DNA of 39,102 nucleotides from an uncultured bacterium. Lineage in GTDB: Bacteria > CAZSTA01. Both the position numbers and the translations under genes were made by a program. The notes under the pieces are model-generated. The model was not told where the DNA came from. It worked only from the letters and a program-made list of their open reading frames with translations, and did no database searches. The stretch spans positions 1-39,102 of the forward strand of contig CAZSTA010000008.1 in assembly GCA_964609495.1 (NCBI GenBank), in the 5' to 3' direction. Of the stretch, positions 25,591 through 34,795 are shown one piece after another (position 1 is the first letter of the stretch; each line of letters begins with the position of its first letter).

Positions 25591-27972
25591 ATGGATCAGC
25601 ATTCTATAAAGGTCTTAGAATTTGCTAAGATAAAGAATATGCTCGATGATTGTGCCACTTGTCAGTTGGGAAAAAGCCTTGTGCAAGAGATCGAACCTAT
25701 GACTGATATCGGGGCGATAAGAGAGGCTCAGCGGGAAACAACTGAGATGAGGGAGATAATGGAATATGAGGGAGGCATTCCGCTGGGAGGAATAAGGGAT
25801 ATTCGGGAAATGTTGCCCAAAGCTCAATTAGGTTCCGCTTTAGAGCCAAAGCAGTTATTAGATGTAGCCGATACGTTGAGAGCTTGCCGGAGGCTCAAAA
25901 ACTTCCTTATGCCTCTGAAGGAGAAATATCCTCTGATCGCCTCCTTAGCGAAGGAGATAGCGACTTTCAAGGGGATCGAGGATGAGATAGAGCGATGTAT
26001 AAGCGAATATGGAGAGGTTTTAGATTCGGCGAGTCCTCTGCTTAGGCGCATCAGATCTCAGATGCAGACGATCAATCAGCGGATACGCGATAAGCTCAAT
26101 TCCATGATCACCTCCTCTCAATATCAAGATGTGATCCAAGATCCAGTAGTTACCATCCGTAACGATAGGTTCGTCATTCCCATCAAGCAGGAACGAAAGG
26201 CGAACTTCAGGGGTGTTGTTCATGATAAATCGGCTAGTGGTTTGACTCTCTTCATTGAGCCGATGATCGTCGTCGATATGAATAACGAATTACGTGAGCT
26301 TTTGATAGAGGAACAGAAGGAGATTTGGCGGATATTGTTCGAGTTGACGCAGAAAGTCGGGGAGAATGCCGAGGCGATAGAGTCCAACCTCGAGTTACTT
26401 GCCCATATCGACTTCGTCTATGCGAAAGCACTTTTGAGCGAAAGAATGAGAGGATTCGAACCGATCTTAAACGATAGGGGATATATCGAGATAATTCAGG
26501 CTCGTCATCCCTTGCTCAACGTTGATTATATAGTTCCGATAGATGTCCATCTAGGAGATGATATCTCCACCCTGGTCATCACTGGACCAAATACTGGAGG
26601 AAAGACCGTTGCTCTAAAGACGATAGGTCTTCTCACGCTAATGGCTCAAGCGGGGCTTCACGTCCCCGCAGATCGGAAAACACAGTTAGCTGTATTTCAA
26701 GATATATTCGCTGATATCGGAGATGAACAGAGCATCGAGCAGAATCTAAGCACTTTCTCTTCGCACATAACTCAGATCGTAAGGATCTTTCGCGAGTTAG
26801 AGAATGAGCCTCGTCCTGCTCTCGTCTTACTCGACGAGTTAGGAGCAGGGACGGACCCCACCGAAGGATCAGCTTTAGCCATCTCGATTCTGGATCATTT
26901 TCATCAACTCGACTGGCGAGGAGTCCGAACGGTGATCACCACTCATCACGGAGCGTTAAAGAAGTTCGCTTACACTAGGGAAGGAGTGAAAAACGCTTCC
27001 GTGGAGTTCGATGTTGAAACCCTTCAACCCACTTATCGCCTTGTAATGGGATTGCCCGGAAGCAGCAATGCTCTCATCATCGCTTCTCATCTCGGGATGC
27101 CCGAGGCTATCATCGAATCCGCTAAGGAGTCCCTCGATAGCTCAGTCATCAAAGCTGAGGAGCTTATTCGAGGTCTTGAGCAGGAGAGGAAAGCTATAGA
27201 GAGCGAGCGGAGGAAGGTCGAAGCGACTCTAAGGGATGCGGAGATAATAAGGGGAAGAGAAGAAGAGAATTTACGCAAGTTAGAGGAGGAGAGGGAGAAG
27301 TTAAAGGATAAAATTATGAGGGAGATAAATGAGGCGGTGGCTTCTGCTAGAGAGGAGATGAGGAAACTCGTGGCGAAGTTACAGCGAGAAGGTAAAAGCT
27401 CTTTTATTCCCGCCACTAGAGAACAGATTGAAGGGCTTCAAAGGTCCATTCTAGAGAGATTAGAGAGGGAAGCGCCTTCTCGAAAGAGAGAGGAGGAAGA
27501 GAGTCCATCTGAGGAGATCAAGCCTGGAGATACAGTATTCATAGGAAGCCTTCGCCAAAAGGCGAATGTCTTGGAGGGGCCTAATGAACAGGACGAGGTT
27601 GTAATTCAGATGGGAGCTTTAAAGACGACCGTTCCTCTCGCTGATCTCAAAAGGGTAGAGGTCGAGGAGAAGAAACCCCAGGTGAGCATACCCCTCACGA
27701 ACTTTCGCTTCCGCGATGCTCCCCAGGTCTCTAATGAGCTTCACCTCCGAGGATATACCCAGGAGGATGCTCGATTTAAGATCGAGAAGTATCTGGATGA
27801 TGTTCATCTAGCAGGATTATCGCGGGTATATATCGTTCATGGAAAGGGAACAGGGACGCTGAGAAGGATGGTTCATGATTTCTTGAAGGATAGCCCCTTA
27901 GTGGAGAGCTTCAGATTAGGGGAGGATGGCGAGGGAGGCACAGGAGTAACAGTGGTGAAGATGAAGGAGTAA
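25591..27972 (+). CDS. mutS2: Endonuclease MutS2
   Basis: HDKSASGLTLFIEP, Walker A ITGPNTGGKT, DIGDEQSIEQNLSTFSSH, LLDELGAGTDP, C-terminal Smr domain (LHLRG...IVHGKGTG...GGTGVTVV). Confidence 0.97.
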   Translation: MDQHSIKVLEFAKIKNMLDDCATCQLGKSLVQEIEPMTDIGAIREAQRETTEMREIMEYEGGIPLGGIRDIREMLPKAQLGSALEPKQLLDVADTLRACRRLKNFLMPLKEKYPLIASLAKEIATFKGIEDEIERCISEYGEVLDSASPLLRRIRSQMQTINQRIRDKLNSMITSSQYQDVIQDPVVTIRNDRFVIPIKQERKANFRGVVHDKSASGLTLFIEPMIVVDMNNELRELLIEEQKEIWRILFELTQKVGENAEAIESNLELLAHIDFVYAKALLSERMRGFEPILNDRGYIEIIQARHPLLNVDYIVPIDVHLGDDISTLVITGPNTGGKTVALKTIGLLTLMAQAGLHVPADRKTQLAVFQDIFADIGDEQSIEQNLSTFSSHITQIVRIFRELENEPRPALVLLDELGAGTDPTEGSALAISILDHFHQLDWRGVRTVITTHHGALKKFAYTREGVKNASVEFDVETLQPTYRLVMGLPGSSNALIIASHLGMPEAIIESAKESLDSSVIKAEELIRGLEQERKAIESERRKVEATLRDAEIIRGREEENLRKLEEEREKLKDKIMREINEAVASAREEMRKLVAKLQREGKSSFIPATREQIEGLQRSILERLEREAPSRKREEEESPSEEIKPGDTVFIGSLRQKANVLEGPNEQDEVVIQMGALKTTVPLADLKRVEVEEKKPQVSIPLTNFRFRDAPQVSNELHLRGYTQEDARFKIEKYLDDVHLAGLSRVYIVHGKGTGTLRRMVHDFLKDSPLVESFRLGEDGEGGTGVTVVKMKE

Positions 27973-27979
27973 ATAATAG

Positions 27980-28002
27980 AGGGCGTCAGTTTCTGACGCC
28001 CT
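27980..28002. terminator. Hairpin between convergent mutS2 and PBP1A genes
   Basis: AGGGCGTCAG-TTT-CTGACGCCCT, a 10-bp perfect stem. Confidence 0.7.
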
Positions 28003-28008
28003 TACTAT

Positions 28009-28150
28009 TCACTCTTTTCTCCCATGTATATCGCAGAATTCCTTCGGCACCTCGTCCAATCCATCTCTACTCGTCCGATTCCTCTGGTTTTCTATGTATA
28101 TCGCAGAATTCCTTCGGCACATCATCTATATCCATCTCTACTCGTTCGAT
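28009..28150 (-). repeat. Diverged tandem duplication (~70-bp period) of the PBP1A 3' end
   Basis: 28024-28050 is identical to 28094-28120; 28051-28079 matches 28121-28150 with substitutions and a 1-nt deletion. Confidence 0.85.
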
Positions 28151-30772
28151 CTCTTCTGCTGGACAGTAGATAGTGGCCAACTTCCCACTCGCCTTACATA
28201 TACTGACTTTTACTCTCTGACTATTTGCCGACTTTTTTACACTTGGTTTCTTCTTCTCTATCGTCTCAGTTGGGGAGGACTTCGCGATCTCCTTATCCTC
28301 CATTGACGAGGTTATGACCTTTAACTTATTGCTCTCTATCTTAGCGGAATCCTTAGTATCATTTTCAGAACGAGGGCGCTCATTAATATCTCCTTTAAGC
28401 ACGATCGGTAGAGGGGTCTCATCCTCTTTAGCGGAGGATATAGGTCTTTTTTTGGTGGGCGGTTTTTCGCTTTCCAGCCTAGGTCTAGGTTTAGCTGTCT
28501 CTAGCTTCTCGCCTGGAGGAATTGCTGAGGAATCTATTATGATCTCGCTTTCTTGCTCATTTCTCTTAAGATTAAGTTTAGTCGTAATGATCCTGATCTC
28601 GCTACTTCCCTCTTCCTCCTCAGAAGCGATCTCAATCGGTTTTGTATGGAGGTAGCAGGTCTCGGTAGGAACCTCATCGGGTTTGAACGATTGTTGAATG
28701 ATATTAGGGCAGTATTCACCTGCTAGCAATCCTGTATCTTGGCAGATGCTTACCTCAATCTCCTTCAGGCGATGCAGGTCGCAAGATTTGCGAGGCTCAG
28801 TGCCTCGAACAAAGGCTTGTTTGACCTTATCAGGACAAAGCTCAGTGGCCAACTTCCCCGTATCGGCACATATCGTAACCTCTACGATCGAGTCGGATTT
28901 GGGGAATTCGTTCTGGGGATATTTCTTGAGAGCCTCCTTCATAAATTCCACCCAAACCGGGATCGCGATATCAGCCGCGATCCCAGAGCGATATTTCTCA
29001 GTCAGAGGAGTTCGATCATCATTTCCGATCCATATTCCTGTCACCAACTCTGGCGAGTAGCCGATGAACCAAGCGTCCGCATAATCATCGGTCGTGCCAG
29101 TCTTACCTGCCAACAATCTTCCCTCTATACGAGCTTTCTTTCCATAGCCTCTCTCAATATAGCCTTCTAACATATCAGTCATGATATAAGCTGTCTCAGC
29201 GCTGATAGCCTCATAGTATCTATTCTCAGGAGCTTTATTATCCTCAAGAACATTGCCATAGCGGTCGATCACCCTGGAGATAGCTATCGGTTCAACTCTG
29301 ATCCCTTGATTAGCAAAGACAGCATAAGCTGAGGTCATCTCTAATAAAGTTACCTCTGAAGTTCCCAGGGATAGAGAAAGATAGGGTGAGAGCCTACTTT
29401 TGAATCCCAATCTCCTGGCATAGTCGATAGCAACATCGACCCCCATATCATTGAGAACCTCAGCCGCTACTGTATTTAAGGATAATTCCAATCCTTTGCG
29501 AATAGTTGTTGGTTTATAACGAAAAGTTCCCGAATAGTTTTGGGGCGACCATTTCTTACTATACGCATCACGGAAGGTTACCGGTTTATCCTCCACACTA
29601 TAGGCCGCGGTGGCAAAACCACTGTCGATGGCTGCGGCATAAATGATGGGTTTAAATGATGAGCCGGGCTGTCTCTCAGCCTGAATCGCTCGGCTGAAGA
29701 CGCTCTCATCGTAGTCCCTTCCTCCTACCAGAGCTCTAATGAATCCAGTCTTCACCTCCATAGCGATTAGAGCTCCCTGATCCTCTTTTATCACATTCTG
29801 AGCTAGAGCTTGCAGTTCAAGATCGACAGTAGTATAAACTTCAAGCCCCCCCCCATATACCTTTTTGGACCCATATCGATCGAGGATCAGGGAGAGAACA
29901 TAGGAAGTGAAATAGGGAGCTCGATATTGTTGGGGATTTTCCTCCTCCCTAACAGCATACTCTAGAGGAGTATTAAAGGCATTCTCTCGCTCCTCCTCCG
30001 TTATATATCTCTCCTCCACCATTTTCTTGAGAACTACTATCTGTCTTCCCCTCGCCGCCTCAGGATCGACAAAGGGAGAATAATTATGAGGGGATCTGAT
30101 TATACCAGCTAGCAGTGCGCTCTCTGCTAGATTCAGATCGCTTACGTGTTTGCCGAAATAGAGCTGAGATGCAACCTCGACACCATTGGCTCCATGCCCA
30201 AAGAAAATCTCATTTAAATATAACTCCAATATCTCGTCTTTGGTAAGCTTTCGCTCCAATTGGATAGCCAATAGAATATCCTTGATCTTCCTCGACATTA
30301 TCCTTTCGGGACTGAGGAGGATGTTCTTTGCCAACTGCTGAGTGATAGTACTACCTCCCTGAACCTCTTTTCCTCTCGCTTTTATCGTAATCCATATGGC
30401 CCCTATCGTTCTCTTGAGATCGAGACCATAATGGTGATAAAAACGCTTATCCTCGATAGCGATTACCGCGTGCTGAAGATACTTGGGGATATCTTTGAGC
30501 TTAATTGGTATCCGGTGCTCCTCGGCATGGAGTTCAGCTAGAACCTCTCCTCGAGAGGAATAGATGATGCTAGTTGCCTCTGGCTCATAGTTGAATATCT
30601 CATCAACTTCAGGTAGGTCCTTAGCATATCTGAAGATCACCAAAGCTGAGGCACTAAAAGCGATGATGAGGACAAAGAGGAATATAGCTCCAAATATCAG
30701 AAGAACCTTGGTTAGAGATTTCCTCTTCCTATTCTTCTTTATCTCCCGAGCGTTGTTCTTTCTAATTGCCAT
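28067..30772 (-). CDS. Class A penicillin-binding protein (PBP1A family) with three C-terminal Cys/His repeats
   Basis: TM anchor; glycosyltransferase motifs EDKRFYHHYG, GGSTITQQL, RK, YLN; transpeptidase SxxK (GSSFKP), SLN, KTGT; three CxxxGxLAxxxCP...CxxH units. Confidence 0.95.
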   Translation of the reverse strand: MAIRKNNAREIKKNRKRKSLTKVLLIFGAIFLFVLIIAFSASALVIFRYAKDLPEVDEIFNYEPEATSIIYSSRGEVLAELHAEEHRIPIKLKDIPKYLQHAVIAIEDKRFYHHYGLDLKRTIGAIWITIKARGKEVQGGSTITQQLAKNILLSPERIMSRKIKDILLAIQLERKLTKDEILELYLNEIFFGHGANGVEVASQLYFGKHVSDLNLAESALLAGIIRSPHNYSPFVDPEAARGRQIVVLKKMVEERYITEEERENAFNTPLEYAVREEENPQQYRAPYFTSYVLSLILDRYGSKKVYGGGLEVYTTVDLELQALAQNVIKEDQGALIAMEVKTGFIRALVGGRDYDESVFSRAIQAERQPGSSFKPIIYAAAIDSGFATAAYSVEDKPVTFRDAYSKKWSPQNYSGTFRYKPTTIRKGLELSLNTVAAEVLNDMGVDVAIDYARRLGFKSRLSPYLSLSLGTSEVTLLEMTSAYAVFANQGIRVEPIAISRVIDRYGNVLEDNKAPENRYYEAISAETAYIMTDMLEGYIERGYGKKARIEGRLLAGKTGTTDDYADAWFIGYSPELVTGIWIGNDDRTPLTEKYRSGIAADIAIPVWVEFMKEALKKYPQNEFPKSDSIVEVTICADTGKLATELCPDKVKQAFVRGTEPRKSCDLHRLKEIEVSICQDTGLLAGEYCPNIIQQSFKPDEVPTETCYLHTKPIEIASEEEEGSSEIRIITTKLNLKRNEQESEIIIDSSAIPPGEKLETAKPRPRLESEKPPTKKRPISSAKEDETPLPIVLKGDINERPRSENDTKDSAKIESNKLKVITSSMEDKEIAKSSPTETIEKKKPSVKKSANSQRVKVSICKASGKLATIYCPAEEIERVEMDIDDVPKEFCDIHRKPEESDE

Positions 30773-30864
30773 ATATTATTTCTCCTTATGGGGAAGGGTT
30801 TAGTTATCACCATTCATATCCCTCAAGCACCCCCTCTTGAGGGGTATATTGTAGTTCTGTTACT

Positions 30865-30893
30865 ATTATACCCATTAAGACGAGGAATGTCAA
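30865..30893 (-). promoter_or_regulatory. Consensus sigma70 promoter for PBP1A
   Basis: Minus strand exact TTGACA-N17-TATAAT. Confidence 0.85.
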
Positions 30894-30921
30894 GAAAAGT
30901 TCCCCAGTCGCGATGATTAGC

Positions 30922-30937
30922 GTGTCAAAAATGACAC
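30922..30937. promoter_or_regulatory. Palindromic putative operator
   Basis: GTGTCA-AAAA-TGACAC, about 30 bp upstream of the -35 box of the PBP1A promoter. Confidence 0.45.
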
Positions 30938-30988
30938 AGTGATATATCCCAGTCCCATCTAGCGAGATTAAGTAGTTTCATAACTTAT

Positions 30989-31210
30989 TATTCTTAGTTT
31001 TTCGCTAGGGAGTTCAAGATATAATTCTCCCTCACCCTATCCCACGAGGGGAGAGGGAACATCCAGATAAGCTTGCTCTCTTTAGTTACCCCTCACCCTA
31101 TCCCTCTCCCGCAAGGGGAGAGGGGATTCTTGAGACCTGCGATTCCTTTTAGTTCCCCCTCCCTTGACGGGAGGGGTTAGGGGAGGGTGATTTATATGAG
31201 TTCAAGATCT
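30989..31210. repeat. REP/REPIN-like palindromic repeat, copy 2 (three units)
   Basis: Aligns with 5778-6010; has two CCCTCACCCTATCCC units and one inverted unit; internal direct repeat GAGTTCAAGAT at 31010 and 31198. Confidence 0.88.
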
Positions 31211-31353
31211 AATCTGCTCTCGAACATCTAAGACAGAACAGCTCGAAACTTTTTTGGGAGCTACTTGAAAGCTCACCAACTACTGATATTTTCTCCCTCA
31301 AGAGGGGAGATGAGGTTCACAATAATCTTAAAAGAGCAAATTATGTGCCAATA

Positions 31354-32508
31354 TTAATTATCTATCGCTTCTTCTGGTTCTTCTTCGCTCAGCTCCGTAA
31401 TGCTCCTTCTCCAATATTCGAACAACACCTTCAAGATAGCAGCCGTAGGAACTGCGATCAGAACGCCAAAGATCCCCAACAAACTACCACCAGCCAGAAT
31501 GGCGAAGATGATAATTAAGGGATGGAGGCTCACTTGTTTACCTAGGATCAAGGGAGATAAGAACCAGCTCTCAATCTGGTTTGCGCCAATGAAGATCAAA
31601 ACTATCCATACTAAATTCCAGATAGAGAAGGGAGGCGTTAAAGAAGCGATGAGCAGAGCAGGAATAATGGATATAACAGGGCCTAAATAAGGCACTATAT
31701 TTAGGATCATCGTCAATATACCGATAATGAGAGAGAATTTGACCCCTAATAGGGAAAGACCTAGAGCTACTAAAGAACCCACCATGAAGGAGACTAATAA
31801 TTGTCCTCGAATGAATCCGCCAAATATCTCATTTACTCTTCTTAAGAATTCAAGGAGATCCTTCTCGTATTTATCGGGGATAAGTTTCAGGATATCCTCT
31901 TTTATCTGGGCTATATCTTTGATCATATAGAAGGACAGAATCAAACCAAAGATGAAGGTGGCGAGAAGGTATATCATTCCTCGAATTATAAATACTCCTC
32001 CTTGAGTCAAAGCTAGAAGCACGACTCGTCCAGTATTTATGACTTGATTTATTAACTCTCCTAAGCCCTCGGAAAGGCTAAATTTGTCCTCGGCTTCCGT
32101 ATATATGTCTTGGATCGCTTTAAGCAGATCTTGCAATTGTCTCGGATAATCGGATAGGCTTTCGAGAAAGTTCCTAAGAGGGGGAAAGGTCCTTATAAGT
32201 TCGCTCAACTGCACGATTATATAGGGGATAATAGCTATAAATGTTCCCATCACAACGAGCATTATTATATAAGTGCAGAGGATAGCTAGTATTCGGGGGA
32301 ATCTCCTCTCTTCCAAGAAGGGCACTATAGGGCTAAATATGTAGGTGATGAGCATCGCTAGGATAAACGGAGAGAGAATCCCTCGAATTCTATATAATCC
32401 ATATAAGATAATTGCTCCTCCACCTATCGCCAGACCCCATTTTATTAATCTCTTTCGTCTAGCCTCGATAATTTCTGGATCTTCTTCCCTTTTCATCTCC
32501 ATATCCAT
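31354..32508 (-). CDS. AI-2E family transporter
   Basis: PFILAMLITYIFSP, FIRGQLLV, NIVPYLGP, QIESWFLSPLILG, LHPLII, GVLIAVP. Confidence 0.92.
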   Translation of the reverse strand: MDMEMKREEDPEIIEARRKRLIKWGLAIGGGAIILYGLYRIRGILSPFILAMLITYIFSPIVPFLEERRFPRILAILCTYIIMLVVMGTFIAIIPYIIVQLSELIRTFPPLRNFLESLSDYPRQLQDLLKAIQDIYTEAEDKFSLSEGLGELINQVINTGRVVLLALTQGGVFIIRGMIYLLATFIFGLILSFYMIKDIAQIKEDILKLIPDKYEKDLLEFLRRVNEIFGGFIRGQLLVSFMVGSLVALGLSLLGVKFSLIIGILTMILNIVPYLGPVISIIPALLIASLTPPFSIWNLVWIVLIFIGANQIESWFLSPLILGKQVSLHPLIIIFAILAGGSLLGIFGVLIAVPTAAILKVLFEYWRRSITELSEEEPEEAIDN

Positions 32509-32538
32509 TCCTCCTCTTGAAGTGGAAAGTGGAAAAGC

Positions 32539-32973
32539 TTACAGGCCCTCATAGATTCGCCAAGCCTTTTCGATCACCTTCCTCGCCCCTATCGTTAAAT
32601 CTAAATCGTTTAATTCATCGCGCTCCACCCATTTGGCATCCGAGATATCAGAAGCTGACTTCAATCTCCCAGTTTCATAGCCGGCTAGAAAGCCAATTAA
32701 AATATAGTGATATTTCACTCGAGAACTCTCATCGTATATTATATTATCGACTACTTGAACTAACTCAAGGACCTCTATCTCGATTCCGCACTCCTCTTTT
32801 GCCTCCCTTTTCAGAGCCTCCCTAACTGTCTCTCCTAGCTCTACCATTCCCCCAGGGATGCTCCACTTCCCTTTACTTGGCTCTTTAGCCCTTTTGATAA
32901 CCAAGACTCTATTAGCCTCGATGATCACTGCGGCGACAGCCACTATAGGGTGAGCTGGATATTCCCTTTGCAA
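32539..32973 (-). CDS. NUDIX hydrolase (ADP-ribose pyrophosphatase-like)
   Basis: Nudix box GGMVELGETVREALKREAKEECG; TTG start directly after the upstream stop codon. Confidence 0.92.
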   Translation of the reverse strand: MQREYPAHPIVAVAAVIIEANRVLVIKRAKEPSKGKWSIPGGMVELGETVREALKREAKEECGIEIEVLELVQVVDNIIYDESSRVKYHYILIGFLAGYETGRLKSASDISDAKWVERDELNDLDLTIGARKVIEKAWRIYEGL

Positions 32974-32974
32974 A

Positions 32975-34282
32975 TTACCACTCCTTGAAAAGCTTTAGTA
33001 GATCAGAAGCTTTAACGATGCCGATTGGTTTACCGTTCCCATCGGTTACGATCAAAGCTTCACTCCTATTCGTTAACATGCATTCTAAGGCTTCCTTCAC
33101 CGAAGTACTAGGACCAACTATAGTGCAGCTTCTGCTCATAACTTCTGCTACCGGCAAGGAAAGAGCCTTAGTGATGAGTTCAGGAGTTATCTTCTTCGCC
33201 TTCGTGAACTTACTTACCCGCTTACTTATATAATCATAGAACTCGCTAGTTAGAGAGCGGCTCTTCCCCATTGGCATAGGGATAAAGGGGCGATGTTGAA
33301 GAAAGGCCAGATGGCTTCCTAAGATCGATTGACCGGTCTTAGAATCTACGCTGAGCAGATAACGCAGAGAGCTATCGGGAACTTCCTCCTCGCTACTTTC
33401 AGGGATAGATGAGAGATAAGTTAAGCGATATAGATCATCCGGGGATAATATTTCCTTGAAATTCGCCTCAGCCTCGATATACCTAGCCAGATCCATATCC
33501 TGATCGGCATACTTCAGAGAATATTTCTCCAAAGTATCTATAGCATCTGCCAAGAATACTCCTAAAGCTACGCTTAGATTGAAGAGGAGGCCAGCGACTA
33601 CTATCGCCGCATCGTCAGATTGCCCTGGTCCCTCCTCATAGCGGATGTAGGTATAGATTATATTATTATCATCTTCCTCTTTAGAATCGACTATTAGACC
33701 AATCCTTCTATACTCCTGGATCTTATCTTTATGTTCCTGATGAGCCAGAATATCTCCATCTAATCCCATCTGCTCCATCACTTCGGTATTGACTAGATGG
33801 CACTTTCCCCCTCCGATTGGAATCTGATAGATCTCCTCAACTTTTTCCCTCACCTCAATATCATCTCTTAATCCACCTAGATAGATTCCTCTCAATACCT
33901 GAGTTGAATCCACTTTGATATTCTTAAGCTCGGGGATTCTTAATAGAGGTTGTCCTTTACTATTAATTAATTCTCGGTTAGAATCTCCTCTCAGGGTTTG
34001 TTTGACATATTCCTCTATCTCATCTATGAGCTTCTGCCTTTTAGATTTTATCCGTCTCGGCTCTCTATCCAAGGCCTTCACAACATCATCTATGGTAGTA
34101 TTGGGAAAGCGACGTTTATGAAATAAGCCACTTCCTTCATGAGCTCTTCCTTCAACTGACTGTATCAGAATTAGAGCTTCTATCTCCTCCGTTGTGCTTA
34201 ACTTTTCCTTCTCTGCTAGCGAGGTGAAATCCTTCACCAATAGATCATAAGGGGCTACTCCCGCCTTAGTAGTTTCTGACAT
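32975..34282 (-). CDS. Uncharacterised protein with a single C-terminal CBS domain
   Basis: 435-aa ORF with RBS AAAGGAG; C-terminal VAEVMSR...VKEALECM...LIVTDGNGKPIGIVKASDLL; the N-terminal ~370 aa were not recognised. Confidence 0.75.
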   Translation of the reverse strand: MSETTKAGVAPYDLLVKDFTSLAEKEKLSTTEEIEALILIQSVEGRAHEGSGLFHKRRFPNTTIDDVVKALDREPRRIKSKRQKLIDEIEEYVKQTLRGDSNRELINSKGQPLLRIPELKNIKVDSTQVLRGIYLGGLRDDIEVREKVEEIYQIPIGGGKCHLVNTEVMEQMGLDGDILAHQEHKDKIQEYRRIGLIVDSKEEDDNNIIYTYIRYEEGPGQSDDAAIVVAGLLFNLSVALGVFLADAIDTLEKYSLKYADQDMDLARYIEAEANFKEILSPDDLYRLTYLSSIPESSEEEVPDSSLRYLLSVDSKTGQSILGSHLAFLQHRPFIPMPMGKSRSLTSEFYDYISKRVSKFTKAKKITPELITKALSLPVAEVMSRSCTIVGPSTSVKEALECMLTNRSEALIVTDGNGKPIGIVKASDLLKLFKEW

Positions 34283-34372
34283 CCAATCAGCTCTCCTTTC
34301 CGTATCCGGTAATATTTCGGATGGGACTTATCATATCGCTCCATCTCAATCCTAATCTGGAGTTACAATTAT

Positions 34373-34401
34373 ATTATAGCAAAGCGATATGTTTAAATCA
34401 A
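34373..34401 (-). promoter_or_regulatory. Sigma70 promoter (extended -10) for the CBS-NUDIX-AI-2E operon
   Basis: Minus strand TTGATT-N17-TATAAT with TGn before the -10 box. Confidence 0.7.
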
Positions 34402-34795
34402 CTTTTAAGAGAACGAATATTTGGAGAGGTGATGAAGATTATAAAGTCTCTACTTTGATACTTATTTTGAGAGCCATGAATTTCCGTAAGGTTTGTATTA
34501 CCCATACCCTCTATCCAAAAAATCCGCTTGGAAACCGAGTTTTCAGTTTAGCGTCCTCAAAAAATGCGAAACTATAGTTGTTATATTTCGTATAATATGC
34601 AAGAAAAACATATTTTAGCGAGGACATCTCGTATAGAATCGCAATCCTACTGATCTCGAGGGACTAGTTTGTTATTAGAAGTCTAATTAACTCTATAATT
34701 GGGTATATATATCACAAAATATATCAAGGAAGGTTCATAATCAATAAACACTCGGTTATTAGCACTAAACCTGTTATTTTTAGGAGGCATTTATT

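Noticed and set aside
5778-31210. Possible CRISPR array from the palindromic repeats
   Set aside because: No regular repeat-spacer periodicity and no cas genes; copies are dispersed.
34402-34790. Riboswitch, IS end or small CDS (34389-34577) upstream of the protease
   Set aside because: No recognisable riboswitch consensus, partner inverted repeat, transposase remnant or RBS.
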